From: Gammaproteobacteria bacterium
GTDB taxonomy: Bacteria > Pseudomonadota > Gammaproteobacteria > GCA-002705445 > GCA-002716945
Reading direction: 5' to 3'
Assembly (NCBI GenBank): GCA_038142325.1
Contig: JAYQJW010000002.1
Coordinates: 448,001 to 512,000, forward strand
Length of the DNA stretch: 64,000 nt
This document shows, piece by piece, positions 23,682-37,484 of this stretch. Every line of letters starts with the position of its first letter. Positions within the stretch are counted from its first letter, which is position 1. The notes beneath the pieces are model-generated. The model ran no database searches. It saw only the letters and a program-made list of their open reading frames with translations, and was not told the origin of the DNA. The position numbers were made by a program, and so were the translations under genes.

Positions 23682-24686
23682 ATGTCTAAAAATATTGTCT
23701 TCTCTGGTGTTCAACCTACTGGTGAAATTCACTTAGGCAACTATCTCGGAGCCATTAAACAGTTCCTCACTTTTCAGGAGAATGCAGACTCAATATTTTG
23801 CATAGTTGATCAGCATGCCATAACGGTATTTCAAGATCCTTCTGAATTAAGAGAGAATGTATTCAGTGTTCTTTCTATATTTCTTGCATGTGGTTTAGAT
23901 CCCAATAAATGTATTATTTTTAATCAATCCTCAGTAAGAGAGCACAGTGTCTTGTCATGGTATCTTAGTTGCACTGCAAGGGTAGGCTGGTTAAATCGCA
24001 TGACTCAATTTAAAGATAAAGCTGGCAAAAATAGAGATAATGCATCACTTGGCTTATATGCATATCCGGTACTTATGGCTGCAGATATATTATTATATCA
24101 TGCTGATAAAGTACCAGTCGGTGATGATCAAAAACAACACCTTGAACTTACAAGAGATATCGCTCATAAGTTTAATACTGATTACAAATCAGATTACTTC
24201 AAGCTGCCTGACCCAATTATTGACGAAAAAGCTCCTAGGATAATGAGTTTAAGAGACGCAAGTAATAAAATGAGTAAGTCTGATGTATCTAAATATTCTA
24301 GAATATTATTGACTGATTCAAATGATGATATTGCTACTAAAATTAGTAAAGCCAAATCTGATTCTCATAACATGCCATCAGATATTGAAGGAGTTAATAA
24401 TCGTCCAGAAATTAATAATCTTTTAAATATCTACGCCGCTGTATCAAATCAGGATAAAAGTGAGGTCATAAACCAATTCTCAGGAAAAGAAATTTCATAT
24501 TTTAAATCAGAATTAAAAGATGTTGTTATTAATTTAATTGAACCGATATCTTCTCGTATTCAAGATATTAAAAACGATAAAACTTTACTTATTAATACAC
24601 TTAAGCTTGGTTCAGATAAGGCGCGTGAAATTGCTACTAAGACGATATCTGATGTTGATAATTTGATGGGGTTAAATATTGAATAA
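23682..24686 (+). CDS. trpS: Tryptophan--tRNA ligase
   Basis: 'SGVQPTG.IHLGNY', 'YPVLMAADIL', 'VGDDQKQHLE', 'KMSKS'. Confidence 0.97.
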   Translation: MSKNIVFSGVQPTGEIHLGNYLGAIKQFLTFQENADSIFCIVDQHAITVFQDPSELRENVFSVLSIFLACGLDPNKCIIFNQSSVREHSVLSWYLSCTARVGWLNRMTQFKDKAGKNRDNASLGLYAYPVLMAADILLYHADKVPVGDDQKQHLELTRDIAHKFNTDYKSDYFKLPDPIIDEKAPRIMSLRDASNKMSKSDVSKYSRILLTDSNDDIATKISKAKSDSHNMPSDIEGVNNRPEINNLLNIYAAVSNQDKSEVINQFSGKEISYFKSELKDVVINLIEPISSRIQDIKNDKTLLINTLKLGSDKAREIATKTISDVDNLMGLNIE

Positions 24687-25450
24687 TATAACTGCTGTTT
24701 ACAATGGAAAGAAAATTTCTCATATACCTGAGGACTTATTTATACCGCCTGAATACCTTAGGATTATTCTTGAAGAATTTGATGGTCCATTAGATTTATT
24801 ACTATATCTCATAAAAAAACAAGACATAGATATAACAGATCTTCCAATATTCCCAATTACTGAACAGTATATGAGATATATATCAATAATGGAAAATATA
24901 CATTTTGAGTTAGCAGCTGATTATTTAGTAATGGCATCAACATTAGCTGAAATTAAATCAAAACTTTTACTACCAGTTGAGTCAGATGAATGATGAAGAA
25001 GATCCGCGAGCTAATCTAATTAAAAGATTATTAGAATATCAAAAATATAAAAATGCCTCGGAAAGACTTGAGGAGATTCCAAGAAATTATCGAGATTTCT
25101 ATGTTGTTACAAATGCAATTGATTATCAAAAAGCAATAATAATCGAGACACCAGATATTAAGATAGAACAATTAAAACATGCTTTTATGGATGTCTTAAA
25201 GAGAGCAGAGATATTCTCTACTCACAACATACAATCTGAAACTCTATCTGTCAGAGAGCGTATGACAATAATACTATCTCTTGTCAAAGATAATGAAAAT
25301 ATTGAATTTGAGAGATTATTCAATATAAAGGAAGGAAGGTTAGGTGTTATTGTTAGTTTCCTGGCGATACTCGAACTGGTTAAAGAATCATTAATAGATA
25401 TTATTCAAAATAAATCTTTATCAAAAATTTATATAAGTGTTAAAAAATGA
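24679..25450 (+). CDS. scpA: Segregation and condensation protein A (kleisin); frameshift near 24990
   Basis: 'FDGPLDLLLYLI', 'EIKSKLLLP', 'DPRANLIKRLLEY', 'FLAILEL'. Confidence 0.93.
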
Positions 25451-25968
25451 GCTTTTCTCTTGAAAATATAATTGAATGTTTACTACTAGTCAGTGATGAA
25501 CCCCTGTCTAGTAATCAAATATTAAAGATTTTAGATAATGCAAAATATAATAAGAAAAAAATTGAAGATGCAATTGATGAACTTAATAGACAATATGAAT
25601 CTAAGGCTATATTCATTAACAAGGTTGCAAGCGGTTACAGATTTCAAGCAAAGAGCGGACTTGAAACATATATTTCTAAACTTAAAGATAAGAGTTCGAA
25701 TAAATTCTCAAGAGCATTCTTAGAAACCATTGCAATTATTGCTTATAAACAGCCTGTTACCAGAGGAGACATTGAAAATATTAGAGGTATAGCAGTTAAC
25801 TCAAATATTATTAGAACACTTCTCGAACTTGAGTGGGTTAAAGTAGTAGGTCACAGAGACAGCCCTGGTAAACCTGAATTATTTGCTACAACTACGAAGT
25901 TTCTTGATTATTTTAATAAAAATAAATTATCTGAATTACCAGAGATCAGTGAAGTTGAGAGCTTATGA
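25447..25968 (+). CDS. scpB: Segregation and condensation protein B
   Basis: 'ETIAIIAYKQPVTRGDIE.IRG', 'GKPELFATT..FL..F'. Confidence 0.95.
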   Translation: MSFSLENIIECLLLVSDEPLSSNQILKILDNAKYNKKKIEDAIDELNRQYESKAIFINKVASGYRFQAKSGLETYISKLKDKSSNKFSRAFLETIAIIAYKQPVTRGDIENIRGIAVNSNIIRTLLELEWVKVVGHRDSPGKPELFATTTKFLDYFNKNKLSELPEISEVESL

Positions 25969-26469
25969 TTATTCATTGAGTCTAGGCATCAACATAACTA
26001 GATTACACGGTTTCGTATCACTATTAAGCTGATGACTTATAATTTCTTCCCAGGCTGTTATGCATGCATCAGTTGAACCTGGCAAAACAAATATAAAAGT
26101 TTTATTGGCTACGCCTGCAACCGCACGAGATAGTAGTGAAGAGGTTTTTATTTTTTCGTAGGACTTCAGCCTGAATATTTCACCAAAACCATCAATTATT
26201 TTATCCAATAGTGGTATGACAGCTTCTGGCGTTCCATCAGAACCTGTAATACCAGTTCCTCCACTAATAATTACAGCATCTACTGCATCATCAACTATAT
26301 GTCCAGACAGAACTTTTCTTATTTGATAGATATTGTCCTTAATTATAATTTTACTTACTAAACTATGACCGTCAGTCTCAATTAGACTTTTAAGTTTTTT
26401 TCCAGACTTATCTGTATCATCAGTTCGTGTATCAGATACTATTACAACAGCTATATTTAATTTTTTCAT
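25969..26469 (-). CDS. moaB: Molybdenum cofactor biosynthesis protein B
   Basis: 'VSDTR..DTDKSG', 'GGTG', 'DGTPEA', 'SRA', 'LPGS', 'PCN'. Confidence 0.93.
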   Translation of the reverse strand: MKKLNIAVVIVSDTRTDDTDKSGKKLKSLIETDGHSLVSKIIIKDNIYQIRKVLSGHIVDDAVDAVIISGGTGITGSDGTPEAVIPLLDKIIDGFGEIFRLKSYEKIKTSSLLSRAVAGVANKTFIFVLPGSTDACITAWEEIISHQLNSDTKPCNLVMLMPRLNE

Positions 26470-26499
26470 GCATAATAAATATAATCAAATTTTAATAAG

Positions 26500-27204
26500 A
26501 TGTATAGAGTACAAAAAATACTGTCAAAAATTGGGTATTGTTCAAGGAGACATGCAGAAAGTCTTATTGAGTCTGGTCAAGTAAAAATAAATGGTAGAGT
26601 GGTCAATCTTGGTGATAAATGGCAACAAGGTGACACTTTAATGGTTAATGATCAAGAACTGGATCTTACAATGGCTTTAGATCAAAAAATTGAATTTATA
26701 AAATATTATAAACCTCTTGGCGAGGTAGTCAGCAGGAATGATCCTCATTTTTCTAAAACAGTTTTTGATCATTTACCAGAAGTTGATGGGAAATGGATAA
26801 ATATAGGTAGACTTGATGTAAATACTACTGGGCTTATCTTGTTTACAAATAATGGTGACATGGCAAATAAAATCATGCATCCATCATTTAATTTTGAGAG
26901 AGAGTATATAGTAAAGATAGATAAACCTCTTGGTAAAAAAGATATTAGTTCACTAGAAAAAGGAGTCCCTATAAATGATAACTCTATAGGTAGATTCAAC
27001 AAAGTTATTAATCTTACTAATAATTCTTATAAGATAACGTTATCGACTGGAAAATATAGAGAGGTGAGATATTCACTACAATACTTAAATTTCAAAACTA
27101 TTTCACTACATCGCGTCAGGTATTCAAATATTTTTCTTGATGATATGAGCGAAGGTGAATATAGATTACTTTCAGAGAGTGAAAGATCTAATTTTTTATT
27201 TTAA
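26500..27204 (+). CDS. rluB: rRNA pseudouridine synthase (RsuA/RluB family)
   Basis: S4 domain 'CSRRHAE', catalytic 'GRLDVNTTGL'; scpAB context. Confidence 0.8.
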   Translation: MYRVQKILSKIGYCSRRHAESLIESGQVKINGRVVNLGDKWQQGDTLMVNDQELDLTMALDQKIEFIKYYKPLGEVVSRNDPHFSKTVFDHLPEVDGKWINIGRLDVNTTGLILFTNNGDMANKIMHPSFNFEREYIVKIDKPLGKKDISSLEKGVPINDNSIGRFNKVINLTNNSYKITLSTGKYREVRYSLQYLNFKTISLHRVRYSNIFLDDMSEGEYRLLSESERSNFLF

Positions 27205-27682
27205 CTTTTAAGACACCATCTCCACCATCCTTAGCGTGTGCCGTGCAGGCAGCATTGACTATACTACATCTCTTTATAAAAGCCTGAGATGTAATCTTGA
27301 TTCTTGGTATCTGGTCATGACTGTTTATGCCTTTTCCACATATAATTTTTAAATAAGTATAGTTATTAGCATAAGCATTTGAGAAAAATGTATTTAATTG
27401 AATAATTGCGCTTTTAACTGTTTCTCCATGCAAATCTATACCTACTGAGATATCATCAACTTTCATTTTCCTTAGCTTATTTAAAACATAATCTTGAACA
27501 CCATTCTTTTTAAACTCAAATGTTCCAATAGTATTATCAATCAATGAAATACTATCAAAATCATAATCGAGATTGACATTTTCAAATGATTTATGTTTTT
27601 GTACTCCTTTATCATCAAATACATGACTATCTGCATTTTTAAGCCAATCATCTAATTCTTTTATTTTTTTGCCTTTTTTCAT
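27188..27682 (-). CDS. Smr-domain protein
   Basis: 'IDLHG', 'ICGKG', 'DGGDGVL'; usual neighbour of surE. Confidence 0.88.
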   Translation of the reverse strand: MKKGKKIKELDDWLKNADSHVFDDKGVQKHKSFENVNLDYDFDSISLIDNTIGTFEFKKNGVQDYVLNKLRKMKVDDISVGIDLHGETVKSAIIQLNTFFSNAYANNYTYLKIICGKGINSHDQIPRIKITSQAFIKRCSIVNAACTAHAKDGGDGVLKVKIKN

Positions 27683-27734
27683 AATTGATTAACAGATATG
27701 ATGTATTTTTATATTATCTTCATATGGAGTTATT

Positions 27735-28458
27735 GTGAATATTTTGTTGTCAAATGATGATGGGTATAAGTCTATAGGCCTTAAAGCTCTTAGAGAAGGA
27801 TTAACTCACTACGGTCAAGTCCTTACACTAGCACCACACAAAGATATTAGTGCCTCAAGTAGTTGTTTAAGTGTTCACTCACCGGTTAAAGTTACTAAAC
27901 TGTCGAACTTATGTTACAAGGTGTATGGAACCCCTGCTGATTGTGTAAATATTGGCGCTAGAGGAATATTAAAAAGATATCCAGATATCGTATTTAGTGG
28001 AATCAACTTTGGATCAAATATGGGTGATGATGTTCTTTATTCTGGTACAGTGGGTGCAGCAATTGAAGGCAGGCATGCTAAATTTGGAAGTTATGCTATA
28101 TCAATTGCAGAGAAAATTCCAAAACACTCTGATGATATTGATCAAAAAGTAAATTATATTTTAAAATATATTTTCACTAAACTCAAAATTTTATAAAACA
28201 TTATTTAATATTAATATCCCTGACATACCTTTTTCTAAAATCAAGGGTATAAAAGTCACCACTTTAGGCAAAAGAAGAGTTTCCAAAAGAGCAAAGGAAA
28301 AAAATATTAATGGTAATACTTATTTTGAAATAGGTGAAGTTGGAAATAATATTATAAATAAGGGTGATGATTTTTTTTATATCAAAAATAAATACATAAC
28401 AGTTACACCTATCTTATTAGATATGACAAACAGATCCATTTATAAAAAATTAAAATAA
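27735..28458 (+). CDS. surE: 5'/3'-nucleotidase SurE; frameshift near 28190
   Basis: 'LSNDDG', 'GTPADCV', 'SGINFG', 'YSGTVGAA'; 'NINIP...ITVTP' in the continuing frame to TAA 28458. Confidence 0.94.
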
Positions 28459-28461
28459 AAT

Positions 28462-29133
28462 ATGAAAATCAATGATATTCTTGGTTCAGGACTTACTTCA
28501 CAAGTAAGTAGAGAAAAACTTAAACAAGAACTAAAAAAATTAGGCATTAAAAACACCGAAGTTATTAATTTAGTTTCATCTATGCCTAGACATTTGTTCA
28601 TAGATTCAGCGCTTTCGAATAAAGCCTATGAGAATGTTTCTTTACCGATTGGTTTTAAACAGACAATTTCTCAACCATATATAGTTGCTAAAATGACTGA
28701 ACTCATTCACGAGATGAGTTCAATGAAGAATGTTTTAGAGATAGGGACAGGATCTGGATATCAAACAGCGATTCTCTCAATGTTGTTTAGTAAGGTAACT
28801 ACTATAGAGAGAATTACTTCTCTACATAATCAAGCAAAACAACGTCTTTCAAAGTTAGGATTTAAAAATATAACTTATATACTAGGCGATGGGCATTTAG
28901 GGGATACATCGACATTACATTTTGATGCTATTATCATTACAGCTGCCGCATCAGGTGTCCCTAAAATACTTCTAAATCAGTTAAGTTCATTTGGCAGACT
29001 CGTTGCACCTATAGTTGTGGGAGATGGACAAAAATTAATTAAACTTAAAAATACTAAAAACGGTCTTGTAGAGAAAATTATAGAAGAGGTTGTTTTCGTA
29101 CCTATGTTGGAAGGCGTTGAAAATTGTGAATAA
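28462..29133 (+). CDS. pcm: Protein-L-isoaspartate O-methyltransferase
   Basis: 'QTISQPYIVA', 'LEIGTGSGYQ', 'FVPM'. Confidence 0.96.
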   Translation: MKINDILGSGLTSQVSREKLKQELKKLGIKNTEVINLVSSMPRHLFIDSALSNKAYENVSLPIGFKQTISQPYIVAKMTELIHEMSSMKNVLEIGTGSGYQTAILSMLFSKVTTIERITSLHNQAKQRLSKLGFKNITYILGDGHLGDTSTLHFDAIIITAAASGVPKILLNQLSSFGRLVAPIVVGDGQKLIKLKNTKNGLVEKIIEEVVFVPMLEGVENCE

Positions 29134-29686
29134 ACTTCTTAAAGCTACAATAGATAAATGCGGTTCAACCAAATCTGTCTTATATTTGAGGATTTTGAGT
29201 TTTACAGAGTCGATTTTTTTTCCAATTCCAACAGATGCACTTCTAGCGCCAATGGTTCTGTCACGTAAGCATAATTGGGTGAGAATCACACTTATCGCAT
29301 CATACTGGTCAGTCATTGGTGGAGTAGTTGGTTACTTATTAGGTTTTTATATTTTTGATATGATTGAACCTATACTCCATGACTTTGGATTGTACAGTAA
29401 ATATGTAACAGCTAAATCATATTTTATCTCGTATGGGCTTATTTTTCTTTTTATTGCTGCATTTACACCTATACCGTATAAAGTATTTACTATTTCTGCA
29501 GGAGTATTAAGTTTTAACTTACTCCTATTCATACTCATATCACTGATTGGCAGATCAGCAAGATTTTTTTTAGTTTCATATATTTGTTTGAGGTATGGAG
29601 AAAGAATACTTGCACTGGTAAATAAGTATCTTTTAATTATTGCGATATTTATCTTTTTTGCAATTGGGTTGCTTTTATGGATATAA
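29126..29686 (+). CDS. YqaA-family (DedA/VTT) membrane protein
   Basis: 'ESIFFPIP.D', 'FTPIPYKVFTI.AG', 'GR..RF'; follows pcm. Confidence 0.88.
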   Translation: MNKLLKATIDKCGSTKSVLYLRILSFTESIFFPIPTDALLAPMVLSRKHNWVRITLIASYWSVIGGVVGYLLGFYIFDMIEPILHDFGLYSKYVTAKSYFISYGLIFLFIAAFTPIPYKVFTISAGVLSFNLLLFILISLIGRSARFFLVSYICLRYGERILALVNKYLLIIAIFIFFAIGLLLWI

Positions 29687-30037
29687 GATTGATGTAAAAA
29701 GTCTACGCTCTGACAACAATAAATTATGAGTTTTGCACGCTGATTTAGTATTCATAAATTCTAAACCTTTCCCAGAATTTTGCATCATTTTAATCAAATC
29801 TTGATTGAGTAAAACATTTTTTTCACCTGTTCCTATTAACATAAGATCTGACGTAGATATAAAAACTTCTATATCGTCGAGAGAAATGTTTGACGGTACT
29901 TTTACATGGAAAGGTAGAATCGAATTATCATGAAACACAATTGGCTCTGAATATGTTTTTTCAATCAAAAAAATTGTTCTATTAACATATTTTTTGATAT
30001 TAAAGTTATTTAAGTTCTTATCTTCAACCAGTTCCAT
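29675..30037 (-). CDS. Mth938-like (DUF498/NDUFAF3) protein
   Basis: 'LIGTG', 'EFMNT.SACKTHN.L.SE.R'. Confidence 0.85.
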   Translation of the reverse strand: MELVEDKNLNNFNIKKYVNRTIFLIEKTYSEPIVFHDNSILPFHVKVPSNISLDDIEVFISTSDLMLIGTGEKNVLLNQDLIKMMQNSGKGLEFMNTKSACKTHNLLLSERRLFTSILYP

Positions 30038-30095
30038 TATCTTAAGAAATTAATATTTTTTAGTGATATTATATCTCCATTGTATAGGAGTATGG

Positions 30096-31379
30096 ATGAT
30101 TAAAATAGCAGTATGTGGATTTGGAACAGTTGGCCAAAGCTTTGTGAATCATGTTTCGAAATATCAAGATAAAATAATACATAATTGCGGTCACGATATT
30201 TCTATATCAATAATAGCCGACAGGTCAATTGATAAAAAGAAATTTGAAAATGATCAAATCAAATTTACATCAGATATTATGAGTGTTGTTGATTCTGACT
30301 GTGATCTCATTGTTGAGTTGATAGGAGGGACAGATATTTCCTTTAATTTAGTTAAGGAAGCAATCAAAAAGAAAAAAGGTGTTATCACTGCAAATAAAGC
30401 ACTTATTGCAGAGAACGGTGATGAGATATTAGGATTAGCTTTTGAAAATAATACTTATGTAGGCTATGAGGCAGCCGTTGCTGGAGCAATCCCAATTATA
30501 AATGTCCTCAAACATAATATGTTGAATGAAAATATAATATCTATCAGTGGAATAATTAATGGTACTTGTAACTATATCTTAGATAAAATGTCTACAGAAA
30601 AGAAAAATTTCTCTGATTGCCTGACAAGAGCTCAAGAACTAGGTTATGCAGAATCTGATCCAACATTTGATATAGGAGGATTTGATGCTGCTCATAAAAT
30701 ATCTATATTATCCATGCTTGCTTATGGAATTAAATCACCTTTCCAAAAAATGCATATCGAGGGAATTGATGCTATTGATAGTATGGACATAGATTACGCG
30801 GATGAACTTGGTTACGCTATCAAACATATAGCTAGCGCTAAATCAAAGGGATCAAAAATTGAATGCATAGTTCATCCAGTATTAATTAATAAGAAAAACA
30901 TTTTATCTAAAATCACTGGCGTAATGAATGCAGTAAAAACACGTGGTGATAAATTTGGAGAATCTTTACTTTATGGTCATGGAGCAGGAGGCGATGCAAC
31001 AGCATCAGCAGTTGTTTCAAACATTTCTGATTATTGTGCGCATCTTGATGGGAATTTTAATAAAAAACCTATACTTGAAGTTTACGCAGATGAAATCGTC
31101 AATGTTAACGATATAGAGAATCAATATTATCTGAGAATGTTTGCAAATGATATTCCTGGAGTTATGGCTGAAATTACTACTTCACTGGCTAATCATGAAA
31201 TTAGCATCGAGGCTGTTATGCAACATGAGCCGCTTGAGAATGAAAAATTAATTCCTATAGTCATGATTACAAATTCAATTAAATACAAAGAGATATTATC
31301 AGCAATTAAAAAAATTGAAGCAATGAATAATATCAATGGCTCAGTAAATCTTATAAGAGTTCTTAGCGATAATGAATAA
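30096..31379 (+). CDS. hom: Homoserine dehydrogenase with ACT domain
   Basis: 'GFGTVG', 'TANKAL', 'GIINGTCNYIL', 'GYAESDP', 'GAGG.ATASAV'; AGGAG SD before ATG 30096. Confidence 0.96.
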   Translation: MIKIAVCGFGTVGQSFVNHVSKYQDKIIHNCGHDISISIIADRSIDKKKFENDQIKFTSDIMSVVDSDCDLIVELIGGTDISFNLVKEAIKKKKGVITANKALIAENGDEILGLAFENNTYVGYEAAVAGAIPIINVLKHNMLNENIISISGIINGTCNYILDKMSTEKKNFSDCLTRAQELGYAESDPTFDIGGFDAAHKISILSMLAYGIKSPFQKMHIEGIDAIDSMDIDYADELGYAIKHIASAKSKGSKIECIVHPVLINKKNILSKITGVMNAVKTRGDKFGESLLYGHGAGGDATASAVVSNISDYCAHLDGNFNKKPILEVYADEIVNVNDIENQYYLRMFANDIPGVMAEITTSLANHEISIEAVMQHEPLENEKLIPIVMITNSIKYKEILSAIKKIEAMNNINGSVNLIRVLSDNE

Positions 31380-32771
31380 ACAAGATTCACTTTTATATAA
31401 GAGTACTAGAGGAAAATCAAAAGAGCTTTTTTTAAAGATGTTGTATTTGAAGGGTTAGCCTCTGATGGAGGTTTATATATCCCTAAAGAGTGGCCTAAAC
31501 TTGATAGTGATTTAATTAACGATTTTAAGAATATGTCATATCAAGAAATCGCTTTTTTTGTTTTCAGAGAGTACATTGATTCATCTTTATCTGACAGTGA
31601 TTTGAAAGATCTTATTGATGAATCATATTCATCTTTTACTAACAAAGAAATTACTCCAATCAGCAAGATAAGTGATAGTGAGTATTTACTTGAATTATTC
31701 CATGGTCCAACGTATGCGTTTAAAGATATTGCCATGCAATTTATTTCGAGATTAATGGACATTTATCTAAAAAAAGACGGTAGTCAAATTAATATTCTCG
31801 GAGCAACATCAGGAGATACAGGTTCTGCTGCAATTTACGGCTTTGAGTCAGTGGAATCATCTAATGTTTTTATTCTTCATCCTTGTAATTTAATTTCACC
31901 AACTCAAAGAAAATTTATGACTACTGTATCTTCAGATAATATTATTAATATTGCTGTTAAAGGTAACTTTGATGACTGTCAAAATCTTATAAAAGAAATA
32001 TTTTCTGACGAAAATTATAAGAAATCAAAAAATTTAGGTGCTGTTAACTCTATCAATTGGGCTCGGATTATGTGCCAGATTACTTACTACTTCTATTCTG
32101 CCAGTAGAATCAATGACTCAGAAAATATTGTCTATTCGGTCCCCACAGGAAATTTTGGCGATATTCTTGCTGGATACATTGCTAAACAAATGGGATTAAT
32201 TTTTAGAAAATTAATAATAGCAACTAATGAGAACAATATTCTAGATAGAGCATTAAAATCGGGAGAACATTCGATTAATAAGGTAATTAGTACGACATCA
32301 CCAAGTATTGACATTCAGATCTCCAGTAATTTTGAAAGATTGATATATGATTCCTGTAAAGATTCTGATCATGTGTGTCAATTGATGAGAAACTTAAAGC
32401 AATATAAATCATTTACTCTATCAGAAGAAATAAGAAAATATATTTTAAATTATTTTATTTCTGATTCAGCAATTGAGAGTGAAGTTGAACAAACGATTCT
32501 AAAGTATTTTAATGATTACAAAATTACATTAGACCCTCATACAGCAGTTGGTGTGGTCTGTGGAAAAAAATATCAATCATCAGATGATATTTTGGTAACT
32601 TTAGCTACAGCACATCCAGCAAAATTTAAAGAAACGGTTTCTCGAATAATTTCAAATAATTCTTTTATCACTGACAAAGTCAGAGATTTGGATAAATTAA
32701 AAGAAAATATGATTATTGTTGATAATAATTCAAAAGATATTAAATCAATAATTGATGGAAAAGTTGCATGA
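31372..32771 (+). CDS. thrC: Threonine synthase; frameshift in a T run near 31430
   Basis: 'YKSTRG' and 'GLASDGGLYIP' upstream of the called ORF; 'ELFHGPT.AFKD', 'ATSGDTG', 'NSINWAR', 'TAHPAKF'. Confidence 0.96.
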
Positions 32772-32938
32772 GAGTTCTATTAATTCTATTTTTCCTAATC
32801 TTAGCAATCGGTTTAATTCGTAAGAAAATAAATACAAAGTATGAATTTATTCACTATGTTCTAACTCTTTTGTTTTATATATTTATATTTTTATTTGTTT
32901 ACATTCTTGGAATGCATTTTTTAGGACATAGTATTTAA
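32768..32938 (+). CDS. Small 56-aa two-helix membrane protein (not in the ORF track)
   Basis: ATGA overlap with the thrC stop; MRVLLILFFLILAIGLIRKKINTKYEFIHYVLTLLFYIFIFLFVYILGMHFLGHSI exactly fills the gap to the trxB stop. Confidence 0.6.
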   Translation: MRVLLILFFLILAIGLIRKKINTKYEFIHYVLTLLFYIFIFLFVYILGMHFLGHSI

Positions 32939-33898
<960 letters not shown>

Positions 33899-33991
33899 TT
33901 ATAATAACCTGAACATTATACACAATAATTTGTTATCGATATACATATATAATTTAGTATCAAAAGTTTGTATAATTTACATTAAAATGAG

Positions 33992-36196
33992 GTGTATTTG
34001 GCACAAATAAGTAGAAACAAAAAGCTTTCTAAAACAAAGTTTAATTATTTGCCAAAAGAGATATTTAATTTCTTTTTTCTGACCTTCGCTCTACTTTTCA
34101 GTCTTTCTATAATTTCATATGATCCGTCTGATCCGAATTTTTTTAAAACAGGTCTTGGCGATACAATAAATAACTATATTGGAATAATTGGATCATATGT
34201 TTCACATATGACATTTATGATTTTTGGCAATGTATCATATTTACTTGCTTTATTTGTAACTTATTTATCGCTCTCAAAATATAGAATTATCTCACCATCT
34301 AATGCAGTTACTATTGCTCGCATTCTACTACCAGTCTTTTTCTTTCTTAGTTTTTGTACAATCCTAGAAAATATATCATCTAGTTCCGGTGGATATATTG
34401 GACATGTAATTTTTAATTATTCTTCTAATTATATTGGAACTTTTGGAGCCCTTATTGCTTCAGTATTAATAACTATTTATTCATTAGTTTATTACTTAGA
34501 TATTTCACTAAATGTTTTATACAAAAAAATCAAAAAACTGGGAACATATTTATATCTAAAAACAAAATATAAAATTAACTCATTTTATGGACAATTAAGT
34601 TTGAAAATTAAACTTTCAAAACAAAGAGAGCGTAATAAAATCAGAGATCTTAATAAGGAGCCAAACTCTGCAGAAATAAATATTATTAAGCCTAAAAAGC
34701 TAGAAAGTAAACGAGCATTTAAAGAGAAGCAGCAAACGTTGTTTGTTGATCAAAATAATAAATTACCGCTTATTGAGTTTCTTGAAAAACATGATTCAGA
34801 AATCATCAATCACGATGAAGCTTCGCTTAAACTGATGTCTGAGATGTTGGAACAGAATCTAAGTCATTACGGAATATCAGCTAAAGTTAAAGCGGTTAAG
34901 CCTGGGCCTATAGTGACACTGTTTGAGATAGAGCCTGTAGCAGGTACTAAAGCATCAACTATCAATAATATTAGTAAAGACCTTGCAAGGACTATGACTG
35001 TTCCTAGTCTTCGTGTCGTTGAAACTGTTCCTGGAACAGCCCATATAGGAATTGAAATACCTAATGACGATCGTGAAACAGTCTCACTTAAAGATATCAT
35101 ATGTTCAAAAGAATTTGAGAATTCTAGAGCATCACTCACTATGGCTTTAGGTAAAGATATTCAAGGAAAACCAGTTTGTGTGGATTTACATAAACTTCCT
35201 CATTTGTTAGTAGCAGGAACAACAGGCTCCGGGAAATCAGTTGCTGTTCATTCAATGATTATAAGTTTACTTTATAAACATGATATTGATCATTTGAAGT
35301 TTTTAATGATAGATCCAAAAATGCTGGAGTTAAGTTCATATGAAGGGCTCCCACATCTTCTACATCCTGTCGTAACAGATATGAATGAGGCTAAAAGCGT
35401 ACTCTACTGGTGTGTTCAAGAAATGGAAAGACGATATAGATATATGATGGATTTAAACGTACGCAATATTCAATCGTACAACAAACAAATTAAGGAAAAT
35501 AAAGAGGAGGGCATTGATGCAATCTATTCACCTACAGAGGGGAATAACGAGAAATATCATCAAAAACTACCGTATATAGTAGTGGTAGTAGATGAATTTG
35601 CAGATATGATGCAAACAGTTGGAAAAAAAGTTGAAGATTTAATTACTCGTTTAGCTCAAAAAGCAAGAGCTGCTGGTATTCATCTAATTTTAGCTACACA
35701 AAGACCATCGGTTAATGTAATAACTGGTCTCATTAAAGCAAATATACCAACTCGCCTTGGTTTAAAAGTTTCTTCAAACATTGACTCAAGGACAATTCTT
35801 GATTCTATGGGAGCAGAGCAACTTTTAGGTCTAGGTGACATGTTGTACAGAGGTTCAGGTACTCATGTTCTTCAAAGAATACATGGTGCTTTTGTTAGTG
35901 AACAAGAAATTGCTAAAGTATCTGATTTTCTAAGAGAACAGAAAGTTACTGATGATATTGAATCAATTCTACTCGAAGATGATGATAATGAAGACAATAC
36001 GGAAATAAATGAAACATCTGATGAACTTTATAATGAAGCTGTCAATATAGTTAAAGAAACTCGAAAAACTTCAATATCATTTTTACAAAGAAAACTTAAA
36101 ATTGGTTATAATCGAGCTGCAAATTTAATTGAAGCAATGGAAGCAAAAGGTATATTGTCTGAACCTCAACAAAACGGAAACCGAGAGATCTTATAA
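33992..36196 (+). CDS. ftsK: DNA translocase FtsK
   Basis: N-terminal TM region, 'AGTTGSGKS', 'IDPKMLE', 'DEFAD', 'ATQRPS', gamma domain 'LQRKLKIGYNRAA'. Confidence 0.97.
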   Translation: MYLAQISRNKKLSKTKFNYLPKEIFNFFFLTFALLFSLSIISYDPSDPNFFKTGLGDTINNYIGIIGSYVSHMTFMIFGNVSYLLALFVTYLSLSKYRIISPSNAVTIARILLPVFFFLSFCTILENISSSSGGYIGHVIFNYSSNYIGTFGALIASVLITIYSLVYYLDISLNVLYKKIKKLGTYLYLKTKYKINSFYGQLSLKIKLSKQRERNKIRDLNKEPNSAEINIIKPKKLESKRAFKEKQQTLFVDQNNKLPLIEFLEKHDSEIINHDEASLKLMSEMLEQNLSHYGISAKVKAVKPGPIVTLFEIEPVAGTKASTINNISKDLARTMTVPSLRVVETVPGTAHIGIEIPNDDRETVSLKDIICSKEFENSRASLTMALGKDIQGKPVCVDLHKLPHLLVAGTTGSGKSVAVHSMIISLLYKHDIDHLKFLMIDPKMLELSSYEGLPHLLHPVVTDMNEAKSVLYWCVQEMERRYRYMMDLNVRNIQSYNKQIKENKEEGIDAIYSPTEGNNEKYHQKLPYIVVVVDEFADMMQTVGKKVEDLITRLAQKARAAGIHLILATQRPSVNVITGLIKANIPTRLGLKVSSNIDSRTILDSMGAEQLLGLGDMLYRGSGTHVLQRIHGAFVSEQEIAKVSDFLREQKVTDDIESILLEDDDNEDNTEINETSDELYNEAVNIVKETRKTSISFLQRKLKIGYNRAANLIEAMEAKGILSEPQQNGNREIL

Positions 36197-36200
36197 CTAA

Positions 36201-37474
<1,274 letters not shown>

Positions 37475-37484
37475 GACGGCTTAC

